Below, one piece after another: positions 26,744-38,840 of a stretch of DNA of 64,000 nt (the stretch's first letter is position 1; each line of letters opens with the position of its first letter). This stretch comes from Minisyncoccia bacterium. GTDB lineage: Bacteria > Patescibacteriota > Minisyncoccia > Phycocordibacterales > UBA918. Below the pieces are notes generated by a model. That model made no database searches. It saw only the letters and a program-made list of their open reading frames with translations, and was not told the origin of the DNA. A program made the translations under genes and the position numbers. Where the stretch lies: positions 1,132 through 65,131 of the forward strand of contig JBGSJJ010000015.1 of NCBI GenBank assembly GCA_041742075.1. Direction: 5' to 3'.

Positions 26744-29545
26744 TTAGGCTAATTCTTTTACGGCCTTCATTATCGCCATCTTCACCGCCTCTGCTTCGTC
26801 GGTATAGGTACCGTCGATAGCTGAAGTAAGCGCTACTATCGCCTTCTCAAGTTGTACTGAAGTAATCTTTGCAGATTCTGCTTCAAGCATTTCTGAGACA
26901 GCTACTCGTTCACCTTTTCGTGAGCGATATACGGCATCAAGGTCAGATGCTGCATCAGCGAGCGCTACCATTGGTCGGTTAGAGATCATCGCGAAGGCTG
27001 CAACCACGTTTCCTGTTACCAGTGCTTCAGCGAGTGAACCACTCGTGGTTGGGGTTACGTCTGTCTCAACAGCTACAGATTCTCCTTCGTTTAGGTCGCC
27101 AAGAAGGGCTTCCATTCGAGAGAGGTTGAGTACGATCCAACCATCTTCAGTTGGGAAAGTAACTTTCGCTACTCGTACTACACCATCAAGCTTTTGTGCA
27201 CGCTTCTCTAGTGAGTTTTCTGTGTGCATGAGGTATCGCATAGCGTCACTTGAAAGAAGAGCCTTTTGTGCGTGCGCTCGGTTTTCGAGTTCAGACATTT
27301 CATTTTCTTCTTCTGTAAGGGCCTGAGTGTAGGCAGCTTGGTACCCAATCACCGCTGGAGTAGCAGATTCTGCTACTGGGAGATTTTCTGGTACTACGTT
27401 CTTTACTGGTGCTGCTGTTGCTTGTGCAAAGAGGATAGCTGAAGTTGGGAGTTCTGCACTAATGTCAGTTACTGTACTAGCGTCAGTGTAACTTCGAGCT
27501 GGGAACGCCCCTGGAAGACTTACTCCAGCAAACGTGTCGCGACGAATCACTAGTAGGTAGGCAACAAAGGCAGACCAAAGTGCGAGAAGTGCGTAGAAGA
27601 TAAATGTAAGGGTTGGTCCAGCTTCAAAACCTGTGTATGGCACTTGCGTAAGCGCAATACCAGCTACCAGTGGTTGATTTCGCTCTTCAGTTACTGTTAC
27701 AGCTGATTTAGCGACATCTACTGAAACTTTACAAGTTCGTTCTCGACTTCCTTTACTGGCAACGAGTGTGTAGGTAGTGTCCTTGGTTGGCTTTACGGTA
27801 ATACTTCCGTCATAGTAGTCACTTCGTTCACTACTCTTGTATTCGTTTGTATCAAGAAGTTCTTTCTTGAAACTATCTACGAGAGTCACTCGAGTTGCCC
27901 TTGATGTTTCCCAAGTAATCTTCACTGATTCACCAGCTTTGATAGACTTGTCAGAAATCTTGAGCTCACACTTCGGTGAAGAAGAACCTCCTCCGCCACC
28001 TCCGCCACCGTCTTCAGCTTGAATTGAAACTGGACAACTTCGTTCTGAGGTAGCGTTCTTAATAGTAAGGTTGTAGGTAATGTCGTCATTAACTTGTACC
28101 ACCCGGTTTCCATTGTTTGCTACAGCACCAATACCTTGGTCGATAGATGCGCTGGTTACTCGGTCATTATAGGTCCAAGCGAGCGTGACACTGTCACCTT
28201 CACGAACTGAACTGTCAGAAGTAGTAAAGGTTACGTCACTACAAGTAAGTGGTTCTGGTGTGTTTGGTACTGTTACCTTAGTTGAACAAGATACAGTTCC
28301 GCCTTCGCCAACTGCTGTTAGGGTGTAGGTCTTTGTAGAAGTAGTATTTACAGTCTTTGAACCATTCTTGTCTACTGCACCAACTCCTTCATTTATAGTA
28401 ACGGTATCAGCGTTCTTGGTAGTCCAAGCAAGCGCTACATCACCACCACCAACTGGAAGCTCATCTGGTGTACCATCAAGCGTACATTCTGGTTCAGGTA
28501 CTTCTTCTTCGATAATTTCATCAAGTGCGGCACAAAGTGGCTTAAGACTATTTGGTGAAGATGTGTCTGGATAGACAGCGTGTACACCAATAGCTGTAGT
28601 AATCACTTGCGATACTGACAATGAATCATTGACTTGAGTTTGTACTGAAGCTTCACGTACGTTGTCAGCAAGGTCAGCTGAAGCGTTAGAAGTTGCTACT
28701 GTGGTTGCTCCGTTCTTTAGAACGAGCTTCCACTGTTCGTTTGGCTGAGAAACATTGACACGGTCGTTGTACCCGTCCCAACTTCCTAGAGTTACTTTGT
28801 AGTTTCCGACTGGTAGCGCAACTGACTTTTCTGAAGTTACACTTTCACCTTGACTCTTATCACTTCGGATTTTGCGATCGTCAGACGTGAAGTCAATAAT
28901 TGTTCGTCCAGCCTGTGGGGCAAACGGACAATGGTCAGGTGTAGGTTCTTCTGGTTTCTTCGTAACAACTACTGATTTAGTACACTGAACTGTTCCGCCA
29001 GGACCAGTCGCTGTCAAAATAAAGTTAGTTGGTTGCGTAACAGTCTCTGTACGATTGTTATTTAGAGCAACGTTACCAATCGCATTGTTGAAAGATGCAG
29101 TGTCTGCATTCTTAGTTGTCCAGGTAAGGACAACTGGACCACCTCCTTCTGGTACTGAAGTCTTGTCAACTTCAAGTGTACATTCAGGTGCATGCACAAC
29201 TGGTGGCACTTTTACCGTTACCTTAGTTGAACACGTAAGTGTGTCGTGACGACCTTCCTTGTGCATGTGAGCAGTATAGGTAGTCGTTTCAGTAGGCTTT
29301 ACGATTGCAAAACCATCACGAGCAAATTGCTTGTTAGGAATCTTATCGATAGTGACATATGAAATGTCTGAGTATGGTGCATTCCACACAAGCTTTACCT
29401 CTTCACCAGCAAAAACTTCGCTTGGTGTAGCGGTAAGACCCTTGCAACTCCAAGCCTCTACTGCTGGTACTGCAACAGAGTTTACTGTTGCTACCACAAA
29501 AAAGAGGGCGAAAGCGATGCTGTAAATTCGAGTAATGTTGTTCAT
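26744..29545 (-). CDS. Large surface protein (933 aa): signal peptide, about five tandem Ig-like domains of about 100 aa, an internal LPXTG-like sorting signal (VPYTG, TM helix, RRD), then a 270-aa C-terminal cytoplasmic domain.
   Basis: Repeated (E/K)CTL...W(T/N)(T/A)KNADT...G.V......TY.LTA.G.GGTV.C pattern. GGGGGGGG linker. QVPYTGFEAGPTLTFIFYALLALWSAFVAYLLVIRRD. Adjacent to the sortase gene. Confidence 0.6.
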   Translation of the reverse strand: MNNITRIYSIAFALFFVVATVNSVAVPAVEAWSCKGLTATPSEVFAGEEVKLVWNAPYSDISYVTIDKIPNKQFARDGFAIVKPTETTTYTAHMHKEGRHDTLTCSTKVTVKVPPVVHAPECTLEVDKTSVPEGGGPVVLTWTTKNADTASFNNAIGNVALNNNRTETVTQPTNFILTATGPGGTVQCTKSVVVTKKPEEPTPDHCPFAPQAGRTIIDFTSDDRKIRSDKSQGESVTSEKSVALPVGNYKVTLGSWDGYNDRVNVSQPNEQWKLVLKNGATTVATSNASADLADNVREASVQTQVNDSLSVSQVITTAIGVHAVYPDTSSPNSLKPLCAALDEIIEEEVPEPECTLDGTPDELPVGGGDVALAWTTKNADTVTINEGVGAVDKNGSKTVNTTSTKTYTLTAVGEGGTVSCSTKVTVPNTPEPLTCSDVTFTTSDSSVREGDSVTLAWTYNDRVTSASIDQGIGAVANNGNRVVQVNDDITYNLTIKNATSERSCPVSIQAEDGGGGGGGGSSSPKCELKISDKSIKAGESVKITWETSRATRVTLVDSFKKELLDTNEYKSSERSDYYDGSITVKPTKDTTYTLVASKGSRERTCKVSVDVAKSAVTVTEERNQPLVAGIALTQVPYTGFEAGPTLTFIFYALLALWSAFVAYLLVIRRDTFAGVSLPGAFPARSYTDASTVTDISAELPTSAILFAQATAAPVKNVVPENLPVAESATPAVIGYQAAYTQALTEEENEMSELENRAHAQKALLSSDAMRYLMHTENSLEKRAQKLDGVVRVAKVTFPTEDGWIVLNLSRMEALLGDLNEGESVAVETDVTPTTSGSLAEALVTGNVVAAFAMISNRPMVALADAASDLDAVYRSRKGERVAVSEMLEAESAKITSVQLEKAIVALTSAIDGTYTDEAEAVKMAIMKAVKELA

Positions 29546-29801
29546 AATATTTTGTAAAGGTTATTAATATTTTACGTACTTCTAAATACTCTCACCTACA
29601 CCCTAGACGTTTAGTACGTCCCTTGTACGCGAGAATATGAAAAGCCATAAAGATGACGAATCTTTAGATCATAGTCAGTTTTCGATGAGCGTTTTTGGCA
29701 CTTTGCCTAGGAGGAACGAGTCTTAAAGTAAGACCACTCTATACAAGTATCATAGCAAATTTATTTGGTTTTGTCAAGTTTTCCCCTGACTTCCTATCAA
29801 A

Positions 29802-30464
29802 CTAGAGTGGACTTGAACCAATTAAAATTGCCTCCACCATAAAGCGGTCATCTTTAGAGCCAAAACTATTGCAGGTGGCCAAGGTAAGCCGTGCTTCACC
29901 CGGTGTAAACGGCACTACCACCTCCTCAGCCGACGCTTCATACACCTTTTCGACTCGGTAGGTATACTCAGTGTCGTCTGACTGCAAGCGAATCCGATCA
30001 CCCCATTTTAGGTTTTGGATTCCATTAAAGGCCTGGAAGTTGCGATTCAGAACGTTCGGTAGGTAGCTAGAATGACCTAAAATAAAGATATTTCCAGGTT
30101 CTTGAAAATCGGCTGAGTCTGGATGGCGAACCACTCCCTCAAGTAGAGCCTTATCGAGTTCAGCAATCTCTCGTGACTCGGGGTTTAAAACCACCACCTC
30201 TTTGTTGTTAAGGCTATCAAAGATGATTTTATTGGGTTTCGGAGAGTCTACCATGACGATTTCAGGTTCTTCTCCAACAATTTCAGCCATTTCTTCAAGG
30301 ACGGTCTCTTCTACCGCCTCAGTCACGACTGGTTCTGGGTAGAAATCAAGCGCGTAGAAGATGCCATAGGTAACGGTAACTACCACAAAAAAGACTACAA
30401 AAAAGGGTATTTTTCGCAGTTTAAATTGAGCGTATAGCTCGTTAAAGGTAGTAGGTGTCTTCAT
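29802..30464 (-). CDS. Sortase-family transpeptidase.
   Basis: N-terminal TM anchor. NIFILGHSSY (catalytic His region), TLATCNSFG (TLxTC catalytic Cys), and an Arg further downstream. Confidence 0.7.
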   Translation of the reverse strand: MKTPTTFNELYAQFKLRKIPFFVVFFVVVTVTYGIFYALDFYPEPVVTEAVEETVLEEMAEIVGEEPEIVMVDSPKPNKIIFDSLNNKEVVVLNPESREIAELDKALLEGVVRHPDSADFQEPGNIFILGHSSYLPNVLNRNFQAFNGIQNLKWGDRIRLQSDDTEYTYRVEKVYEASAEEVVVPFTPGEARLTLATCNSFGSKDDRFMVEAILIGSSPL

Positions 30465-30806
30465 AAGTTGCTGTATAATACACTATTTCTAATAAATGTC
30501 AAGTAGATAGTGCTTTTATCTTTGTCATTTGGGTATTCTGAGTAAATCCTGCCTACTACCGTAGCGCAAGCCAAGCCCCTTGTCCACTAAAGACAAATGT
30601 CATTTTCTGCAGTGATTACTTGACAATTTTCTACAATATGCTATTATAAAAGGGTACTCAGAGCGCTTCTCGCGCTTGCACGTTCTCCTCTTTGTAGTTC
30701 TATCACCCAAACTCGCTTCGGCGACTTGGGTGTCATTCCTACAAGCATTTCTGAACGTAGGTACGTCTTACTGCCCCAATCAATTTAGTAATTACAAATT
30801 TTATTT

Positions 30807-31919
30807 ATGAACGAAAACGAACAAGTTGTGGTTGAGGTACCGGAAGAAAAGAAAACCGCCCTCACAAAAGTGTTTGCGATTGTTGGTTTCATTGCCATCA
30901 TTGTTCTCATGGTCTGGCTCTCAGTCAAAATTGTTGCCTTTGTACCAAATGCCTTTTCTTCACTCGCGTCAATTGCAGACAGTGTCTACAACTACGACGA
31001 GGACGAGAAGCTTAGTGTGGCAACTGAGAAGAGTGTGATCAATGCTGGTGAGGCTTTTACCATCACCTTTGAAAAAATGACCATTCCAGGTACGTATACG
31101 TTTATGTATACGTGTACTGACGGTGTGTCGGTTGAAGTTCGTAACGAGGCTGGCTCAATTGTAGCGATTAGTTGCGATACCGTGTTTGACATTAGTGAGA
31201 TGGACTCACTTGACGTCCGCGTCGCTTCAGAAAAGAATCGCTTTACTGACGTTGCCTATGCTCTCACCTTTACTCCAGACAATACCGACAAAGATGCTAT
31301 TTCAGTGCAAGGTATGGTGACCATCGTGAATGCCAGCATGCCAACCGTGGCAGAAGGTACTCCGGACACTGAGGAAACACCAGTTACTCCAGAAGTAATT
31401 GAGGAAACGGAAGAGGAAGTAGTGGCTGAACCAGAAGCTGAAGTAGTAGAGGAAACTACCACCACCCCAAAACCTCCAGTTGTAACAAAGCCGACTACTC
31501 CAAAGCCACCTCAATACCAATACGTAGAAGAAGTGACGTACACCACTCCTGTCTCTAACCCAAATGGCAACATCGACCTTCAGGTTACCTACAAAGCGGT
31601 CGGTACCATGAACGGTAAAGTATTTAGCCCTCAGTCAAACATTGAGACTGACGAAACAGGGGGTATTCAGTTTGAGGTAAAAAACATTGGTACCAAAACC
31701 AGTAACAGTTGGACCTATGAAGCACTTCTTCCTTCTGGAATTGAATACACTTCAGGTGTCCAAAAGCCACTTAAGCCACAGGAGCGTGCTCTCATCACCA
31801 TTGGTTTTGATGGCATCTCAGAAACTGGCACTGAAAAGTTTGGCGTCGAGCTTGAAACCAAGCAAGACGTTAACGCTCGAAACGACTCCTTCACTTGGGC
31901 AGTAACCATCGTTAACTAA
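30807..31919 (+). CDS. Hypothetical membrane-anchored extracellular protein with an acidic Pro/Thr/Glu-rich linker (370 aa).
   Basis: N-terminal TM helix (FAIVGFIAIIVLMVWLSV), low-complexity linker, beta-rich C-terminal domain. Confidence 0.5.
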   Translation: MNENEQVVVEVPEEKKTALTKVFAIVGFIAIIVLMVWLSVKIVAFVPNAFSSLASIADSVYNYDEDEKLSVATEKSVINAGEAFTITFEKMTIPGTYTFMYTCTDGVSVEVRNEAGSIVAISCDTVFDISEMDSLDVRVASEKNRFTDVAYALTFTPDNTDKDAISVQGMVTIVNASMPTVAEGTPDTEETPVTPEVIEETEEEVVAEPEAEVVEETTTTPKPPVVTKPTTPKPPQYQYVEEVTYTTPVSNPNGNIDLQVTYKAVGTMNGKVFSPQSNIETDETGGIQFEVKNIGTKTSNSWTYEALLPSGIEYTSGVQKPLKPQERALITIGFDGISETGTEKFGVELETKQDVNARNDSFTWAVTIVN

Positions 31920-31949
31920 ATTACTCCAGAGACTAGTAAGACGGCTCTA

Positions 31950-31995
31950 CAAAAACACCCGCCCCGAGGCCTTTGGCCTCGGGGCGGGTGTTTTA
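31950..31995 (+). terminator. Terminator AAAACACCCGCCCCGAGGCC-ttt-GGCCTCGGGGCGGGTGTTTT. Coordinates are +/-1.
   Basis: Long GC-rich palindrome with a T-tract, after the 30807-31919 gene. Confidence 0.7.
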
Positions 31996-32011
31996 TTTCT
32001 ACCTCAGGTAT

Positions 32012-32040
32012 GTTGACAATTCACTTATTTATACTATAAT
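32012..32040 (+). promoter_or_regulatory. Near-consensus sigma70 promoter TTGACA-N16-TATAAT driving the islet-2 gene.
   Basis: Read directly from the sequence. An aagagg RBS lies 6 nt before the ATG. Confidence 0.6.
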
Positions 32041-32077
32041 ACTACTGATACCCTGTCCCTCAAATCAAGAGGCCACC

Positions 32078-32389
32078 ATGACCAAGATCCCCTCGTACTG
32101 CAATCAGCTGGACTTTCCGTTGTTCGCAACGGAAAGCGGGAGCGTCGTTACCCCACGCCGCGCTGGGAACAAAGTCGCACTCGCCTACGTCGACGTCCGT
32201 CCGGCAGACCAGGCCTTCGGTATTCAGCCCAAGCAACCGGTCGCCCTCGCCGAGGTACTGATCCCGGCAAACGAACATGCCACCGCGTTCTGCCGCCAGC
32301 AAATGGTCGGCGAGGACTATCCGGGACCGACCTACCCGGTCGACCTCGAAGGTGAAATCGTCTTGATCACCCTTCAGCCCCAGGGCTGA
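32078..32389 (+). CDS. Hypothetical small protein (103 aa) in GC-rich islet 2 (about 62% GC). Paralog of the protein at 9752-10084.
   Basis: Strong promoter, RBS and downstream terminator. GC-rich third codon positions unlike neighbouring genes. Motif similarity with the islet-1 protein (FCRQQMVGEDYPGPTYPVDLEGEIVLI vs LCRTYTLNDDPLPLDKLVGLI). Confidence 0.55.
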   Translation: MTKIPSYCNQLDFPLFATESGSVVTPRRAGNKVALAYVDVRPADQAFGIQPKQPVALAEVLIPANEHATAFCRQQMVGEDYPGPTYPVDLEGEIVLITLQPQG

Positions 32390-32416
32390 GAAGTACAGGA
32401 CGAGAGCCTCAATCTG

Positions 32417-32446
32417 GAGCCCGCGACACTCGCGGGCTCTTATTTT
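32417..32446 (+). terminator. Terminator GAGCCCGCGA-cac-TCGCGGGCTC + ttatttt.
   Basis: GC stem plus T-tract. Confidence 0.75.
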
Positions 32447-32751
32447 ATATAGCGATTAATCGCTATATAAAAATGACTCGTCTATTTATCTAAGTTTCAT
32501 TTTTTGGAAGAGAAACGAAGGAATTGAAAAAATGTAAACAAGTAGTCTCTCTCGGCATATTAAATTAGATGAAATGCAAGATGTGGTAAGAAAATAATCT
32601 GAGGCGTATTCAAAAATTTACGTTATTTGTCACAGGTGGATATTTCAAAATTTTGATGAAGTACGAGGCGTGCAAAGCGTGTGAAGCGAAGCGTACTTGA
32701 TGTACGATGAGCTTCGCACGACTGCAGCACAACGAAGTAATTCGCAAAATT

Positions 32752-34935
<2,184 letters not shown>

Positions 34936-35017
34936 TTAGGGAAACAACAGTACGGACAACGACGACGAAGAACTGCCCCTTGTACCATTCAAGCCGGCAA
35001 GTCCGTGCCAACTATTT

Positions 35018-36943
35018 TTAGCGTACTTCCCAACCTTTTTTGGAAACCGCTTCGTAGACCGTCTCCATCACAGTGTTTACTTCTCCGTCAGTGAGCGTGC
35101 GCTCGCCAGCTTGGAAAACGAGTCTAAAGGCAAAAGAAGTCCGACCGTCTTTGGTAAACTCGTCAAACAACGTCGTACGTACTCGGAGAGGTCCGGCTGA
35201 AGGATTGAGGATAGACTCGATTGCTTCTGCGCTCGTGCCTTCCGGCACCCACAAAGCAATGTCACGACTCATCGCTGGGTAGACTGAAAACGGCACGTAC
35301 GAAATAGGCAGTGCTTTTGAAACAGCCTCGTAGGCCAGAGGAAGCGGTAATGACAAATAGAGATTTGTAAACTGCACCTCAGCGACACCTTGCGTGATAG
35401 TTTCATGAAGTGGTACACCCAAACACGTAGCGACTTCAGTGACCACTGAGGCCAAAAGAGCATCATCCTTAGGCGTGTACCCCGCTACCTTAGTCCGCAC
35501 TCCAAAAGCGAGGGCGACATGCTCCACGACACCAGCATCAGTTTTAGAAAAAACCGTCCCAATTTCAAAGATGCGGGTATCAGGCATTCCCAGCAGGTCA
35601 GTAAACGGTGTGTTCTTTGCCAGGACTTCAAGGAGGTTCGTGGCTAATGTGGAGCGTAGGTACGACTTATCACTGGCTAGAGCGTTTTGCAGTTGTACCT
35701 CATCCTTCGCCCGAAACGAAGAAGTTATTACTTCCGAAAAACCAAGCTGAAGAAGACAGGCTCGCACTTTTTCACTATAGTAATGTCGTACGTTAATATG
35801 CGTAAGCGGTACCGTTTCTGGCATCACCGAGGTAACTTTGTCGTAGCCAATAATACGACCAATCTCTTCAATCACATCCTCTTCAATTAAAATGTCAGTC
35901 CGTTCAAACGGAGCGGTTACTTCAAAGACGCCATCGTCTTTTTTAGCATAGCCAAAACCGAGTCCAGTAAATATCCCCTCGATGGTTTCAGTCTGCAGAC
36001 TAATTCCGAGCAAAGCCTCAGCATTTCGTTTCTTAATTGTAACCGCCGTGTTTTCCATAGTCTTTGGCCGAGCGTGTGCAAAGCCTTCTACATTTCCACC
36101 GGCAATTTTTATAATCAACGCTACTACTTCGGTTAAGGCATACGGAACAACTTTTGAAGCGACGTTGTTTTCAAATCGTTTTGAAGCGTCAGTTGAAAGC
36201 TTCAGCTTTTGCGACGCTTTTCTGGTTACTACTGGGTCAAAGTTCCCGGCTTCGAGAATGATGTTTTTGGTCTCAGCATCAACAATCGCGTACTGACCAC
36301 CCTTAATGCCTGCAATACCGGCCGGAGAATCGTCAGCCCCATTCACGATTAGTTGAATACTGGGATCAAGTTCATAGCGCACTCCGCCGAGGGTATCAAT
36401 CGCCTCCCCCACTTTTGCCATCCTGACACCAAAATGCCACGCATTATTTTCATCTTTCTTAAACTTATCGGCGTCATAGGCATGGAGAGGTTGCCCGAGA
36501 GCAAACATGACGTAGTTCGTCGCGTCAACAATATTGTTTATTGAACGTTGCCCGAGCGCTTCGAGCCTTGAAGCCAGCCACTCTGGGGACGGTCCAACAG
36601 TGATGCCGGTAACTAGTGCTAAGTCAAAGTGTCGACAATACTCACCATTTTCGATTGATATGACTAGGCGGTCTGTTTCCGGCATGATTGGAGTGAGTGA
36701 AAAAGGATCATGACTAAGCGGTGTCCCGGTGAGTGTGGAGAGTTCCCTGGCAATCCCCCGGTGACACAAACAATCAGACGACCGGTTCGGCAAAATCTTT
36801 ATATCGATAACAGCATCAGCGACGCCAACGGGCTCTATGCCGTCTATCTCAAAAGCTGAGAACGTCATTATACGCTCCACTTCCTGAACTGAAGGAGTAG
36901 CGTCACCCATGTAGTCTTTAAGCCAGCTGTGGAGTATTTTCAT
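35018..36943 (-). CDS. pheT: Phenylalanyl-tRNA synthetase beta subunit, short form (641 aa).
   Basis: N-terminus MKILHSWLKDYM...; B3/B4, B5 and FDX-ACB-like regions. Confidence 0.9.
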   Translation of the reverse strand: MKILHSWLKDYMGDATPSVQEVERIMTFSAFEIDGIEPVGVADAVIDIKILPNRSSDCLCHRGIARELSTLTGTPLSHDPFSLTPIMPETDRLVISIENGEYCRHFDLALVTGITVGPSPEWLASRLEALGQRSINNIVDATNYVMFALGQPLHAYDADKFKKDENNAWHFGVRMAKVGEAIDTLGGVRYELDPSIQLIVNGADDSPAGIAGIKGGQYAIVDAETKNIILEAGNFDPVVTRKASQKLKLSTDASKRFENNVASKVVPYALTEVVALIIKIAGGNVEGFAHARPKTMENTAVTIKKRNAEALLGISLQTETIEGIFTGLGFGYAKKDDGVFEVTAPFERTDILIEEDVIEEIGRIIGYDKVTSVMPETVPLTHINVRHYYSEKVRACLLQLGFSEVITSSFRAKDEVQLQNALASDKSYLRSTLATNLLEVLAKNTPFTDLLGMPDTRIFEIGTVFSKTDAGVVEHVALAFGVRTKVAGYTPKDDALLASVVTEVATCLGVPLHETITQGVAEVQFTNLYLSLPLPLAYEAVSKALPISYVPFSVYPAMSRDIALWVPEGTSAEAIESILNPSAGPLRVRTTLFDEFTKDGRTSFAFRLVFQAGERTLTDGEVNTVMETVYEAVSKKGWEVR

Positions 36944-36951
36944 AGGTACAA

Positions 36952-37674
36952 TTAAAACTGGCTAACAAAGCGCAAATCACCACTATATAAATTTCGAATA
37001 TCATCAATCCCATACTTCATAACAGCCAACCGGTCGATACCCATCCCAAACGCAAAACCAGAAAATTCTTCAGGGTCAATCCCCGCGTCACGAAGTACAT
37101 GCGGATGGACCATACCAGCTCCCATAATTTCTATCCAACGATTGGCCAGTTTGCTTTCACTTCCTCGTAGCATCATGTCTATCTCTACCCCCGGTTCAAC
37201 AAACGGAAAAAAACTTGGTCTAAACCGTACTTCGACATCTCCAGCAAAAAACTTTGAGAAGAAGTATTCAATCGTTCCCTTGAGGTGTCCCATGTGAACT
37301 CCCCGGTCGACATACAAACCTTCAAGCTGATGGAATTGGGCTTCGTGCGTGGCATCGGTAGCTTCGTTTCGAAATACTTTCCCCGGGACAATAACTCTGA
37401 TTGGCGGTTTGTTTGTTTCCATAAAGCGAGCTTGCACTGGACTGGTGTGCGTACGAAGTACCATTGGCTCTTGCGCATCAGTTGGTTTAAAGTAAAACGT
37501 GTCCTGCATGTCGCGCGACGGATGATCTTTTGGCACATTGAGACGGTCAAAGTTGTATTTTTCAAGCTCTGCTTCCGGTCCCTCCGCAAACACAAAACCT
37601 ATTTCAGCAAAAATACTATTGATTTCTGCAATCATCGTGGAAAGTGGATGTTGATGCCCGGCTGGAATTTTCAT
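36952..37674 (-). CDS. pheS: Phenylalanyl-tRNA synthetase alpha subunit, short form. Start taken at MKIPAGHQHPL.
   Basis: Class II core motifs. Gene order pheS-pheT. Confidence 0.9.
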   Translation of the reverse strand: MKIPAGHQHPLSTMIAEINSIFAEIGFVFAEGPEAELEKYNFDRLNVPKDHPSRDMQDTFYFKPTDAQEPMVLRTHTSPVQARFMETNKPPIRVIVPGKVFRNEATDATHEAQFHQLEGLYVDRGVHMGHLKGTIEYFFSKFFAGDVEVRFRPSFFPFVEPGVEIDMMLRGSESKLANRWIEIMGAGMVHPHVLRDAGIDPEEFSGFAFGMGIDRLAVMKYGIDDIRNLYSGDLRFVSQF

Positions 37675-37686
37675 ACTAAAACACAC

Positions 37687-38835
37687 CTACCTACTAATAT
37701 CGGCATATACCTGAAGGAAATACTCATCTTGCTTGACGTAGATGGTTTGTCCATCAATCACCACCTCGATGTCCGTACCAGGATACAGCAGTTGCACATT
37801 TTGCCATGACCGATCGTCTACCTCAACAACATACAACCCGTCACTCAGGTGCATAAGGACGAGGTCAGTTGTACCTGGCACAAAGTCAAACATTTTTACG
37901 TCTTGCCATTTTCGGTCAATCCGAATAGTGCTTCTACAGAGTGTTTGATTCTCAAGTTCACTATTGCCAAAATCGGTCGTACTCGCGAGTTGTGTATAGA
38001 GCTGAGCGAACACATGTTCACCATAGAGCTGAGCGGTCGTTGTGGCATCTTGATAATTTACACAGTAGTAGTATGGACGTCGTCTATCTTCACCCACCCA
38101 CTGCGCAAATACTTCTCCTTCACTTTCATACAACACAACGTCTTGTGTTCGTTTGGTGGTAGTGGCGAGTATGGGTGTAGTGCTCGGTGTGGTAAGAACA
38201 GGCGAGTTATTTCCGCTTGGCTTCTGAGTGGCAGTACTCGTCGCTGTAGTAGTCGGAGTTGCAAAAAGACTTCGTACGAACACATACTCACTGTTTACTG
38301 CGTACGTACTAGTAGCGGTACTGGTAGTAGATACAAGAAGACTCGTCGTGGTAGCACCTCTAAATGGTGTCGTGGTGGCTGGTTCAAAAAGTACCCCCGC
38401 CGAAACTCGCGGGTCAACCCAGTTGGTTATAACCCGAACCTGCGGAATAACCGGAAGATTAAAACTTCGCGCTTCGGTCACCAGCTGGGCAAAGACTGGT
38501 AGGTTTTTAACCCATGTCCGTACTCCCTCCCCTTCCACATACACTTCATGCAGTCCGGCTGGAACGTTTTGAATGTACGCTGCTTGCTGAAAGATACGCA
38601 TATTTTGTACCGGCTCACCATTAACGATAATTTCCGTCTCTTCGGCAGAGTTGGTGATATACATCCCGCCAACAATACGAAAACTCGTTTCTGAACTCAT
38701 CCAATTAAAACGGTAGCCAGTTGCATACAGCACGAGAAGTGGTACAAGGACCGTAAACATACCTAGCATCGACAAAAAAACTAACCGACGACTCGATTGT
38801 GACAAAGGCTTTAGCTGAGGTTGAGTGGGAGACAT
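37687..38835 (-). CDS. Hypothetical N-terminally anchored membrane protein with a Thr/Ser-rich linker (382 aa), adjacent to the GT2 gene and in an operon with pheS.
   Basis: TM helix near the N-terminus. TTTATSTATQKPSGNNSPVLTTPSTTPILATTTK low-complexity region. Confidence 0.5.
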   Translation of the reverse strand: MSPTQPQLKPLSQSSRRLVFLSMLGMFTVLVPLLVLYATGYRFNWMSSETSFRIVGGMYITNSAEETEIIVNGEPVQNMRIFQQAAYIQNVPAGLHEVYVEGEGVRTWVKNLPVFAQLVTEARSFNLPVIPQVRVITNWVDPRVSAGVLFEPATTTPFRGATTTSLLVSTTSTATSTYAVNSEYVFVRSLFATPTTTATSTATQKPSGNNSPVLTTPSTTPILATTTKRTQDVVLYESEGEVFAQWVGEDRRRPYYYCVNYQDATTTAQLYGEHVFAQLYTQLASTTDFGNSELENQTLCRSTIRIDRKWQDVKMFDFVPGTTDLVLMHLSDGLYVVEVDDRSWQNVQLLYPGTDIEVVIDGQTIYVKQDEYFLQVYADISR

Positions 38836-38840
38836 AGTGG

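Noticed and set aside
32447-32751. AT-rich region (about 33% GC) next to gyrB as a possible oriC.
   Set aside because: Only weak DnaA-box-like matches (GGTGGATAT, TTATCTAAG) and no dnaA or dnaN nearby. There is no coding-strand switch around it. It is more likely flanking DNA of the GC-rich islet or a terminator and promoter region.
37185-38502. Overlapping ORFs of 113-217 aa on both strands within pheS and the 37687-38835 gene.
   Set aside because: They sit inside well-supported genes (PheS motifs and a coherent membrane protein), lack their own start context, and have Arg/Ser-rich antisense-type composition.
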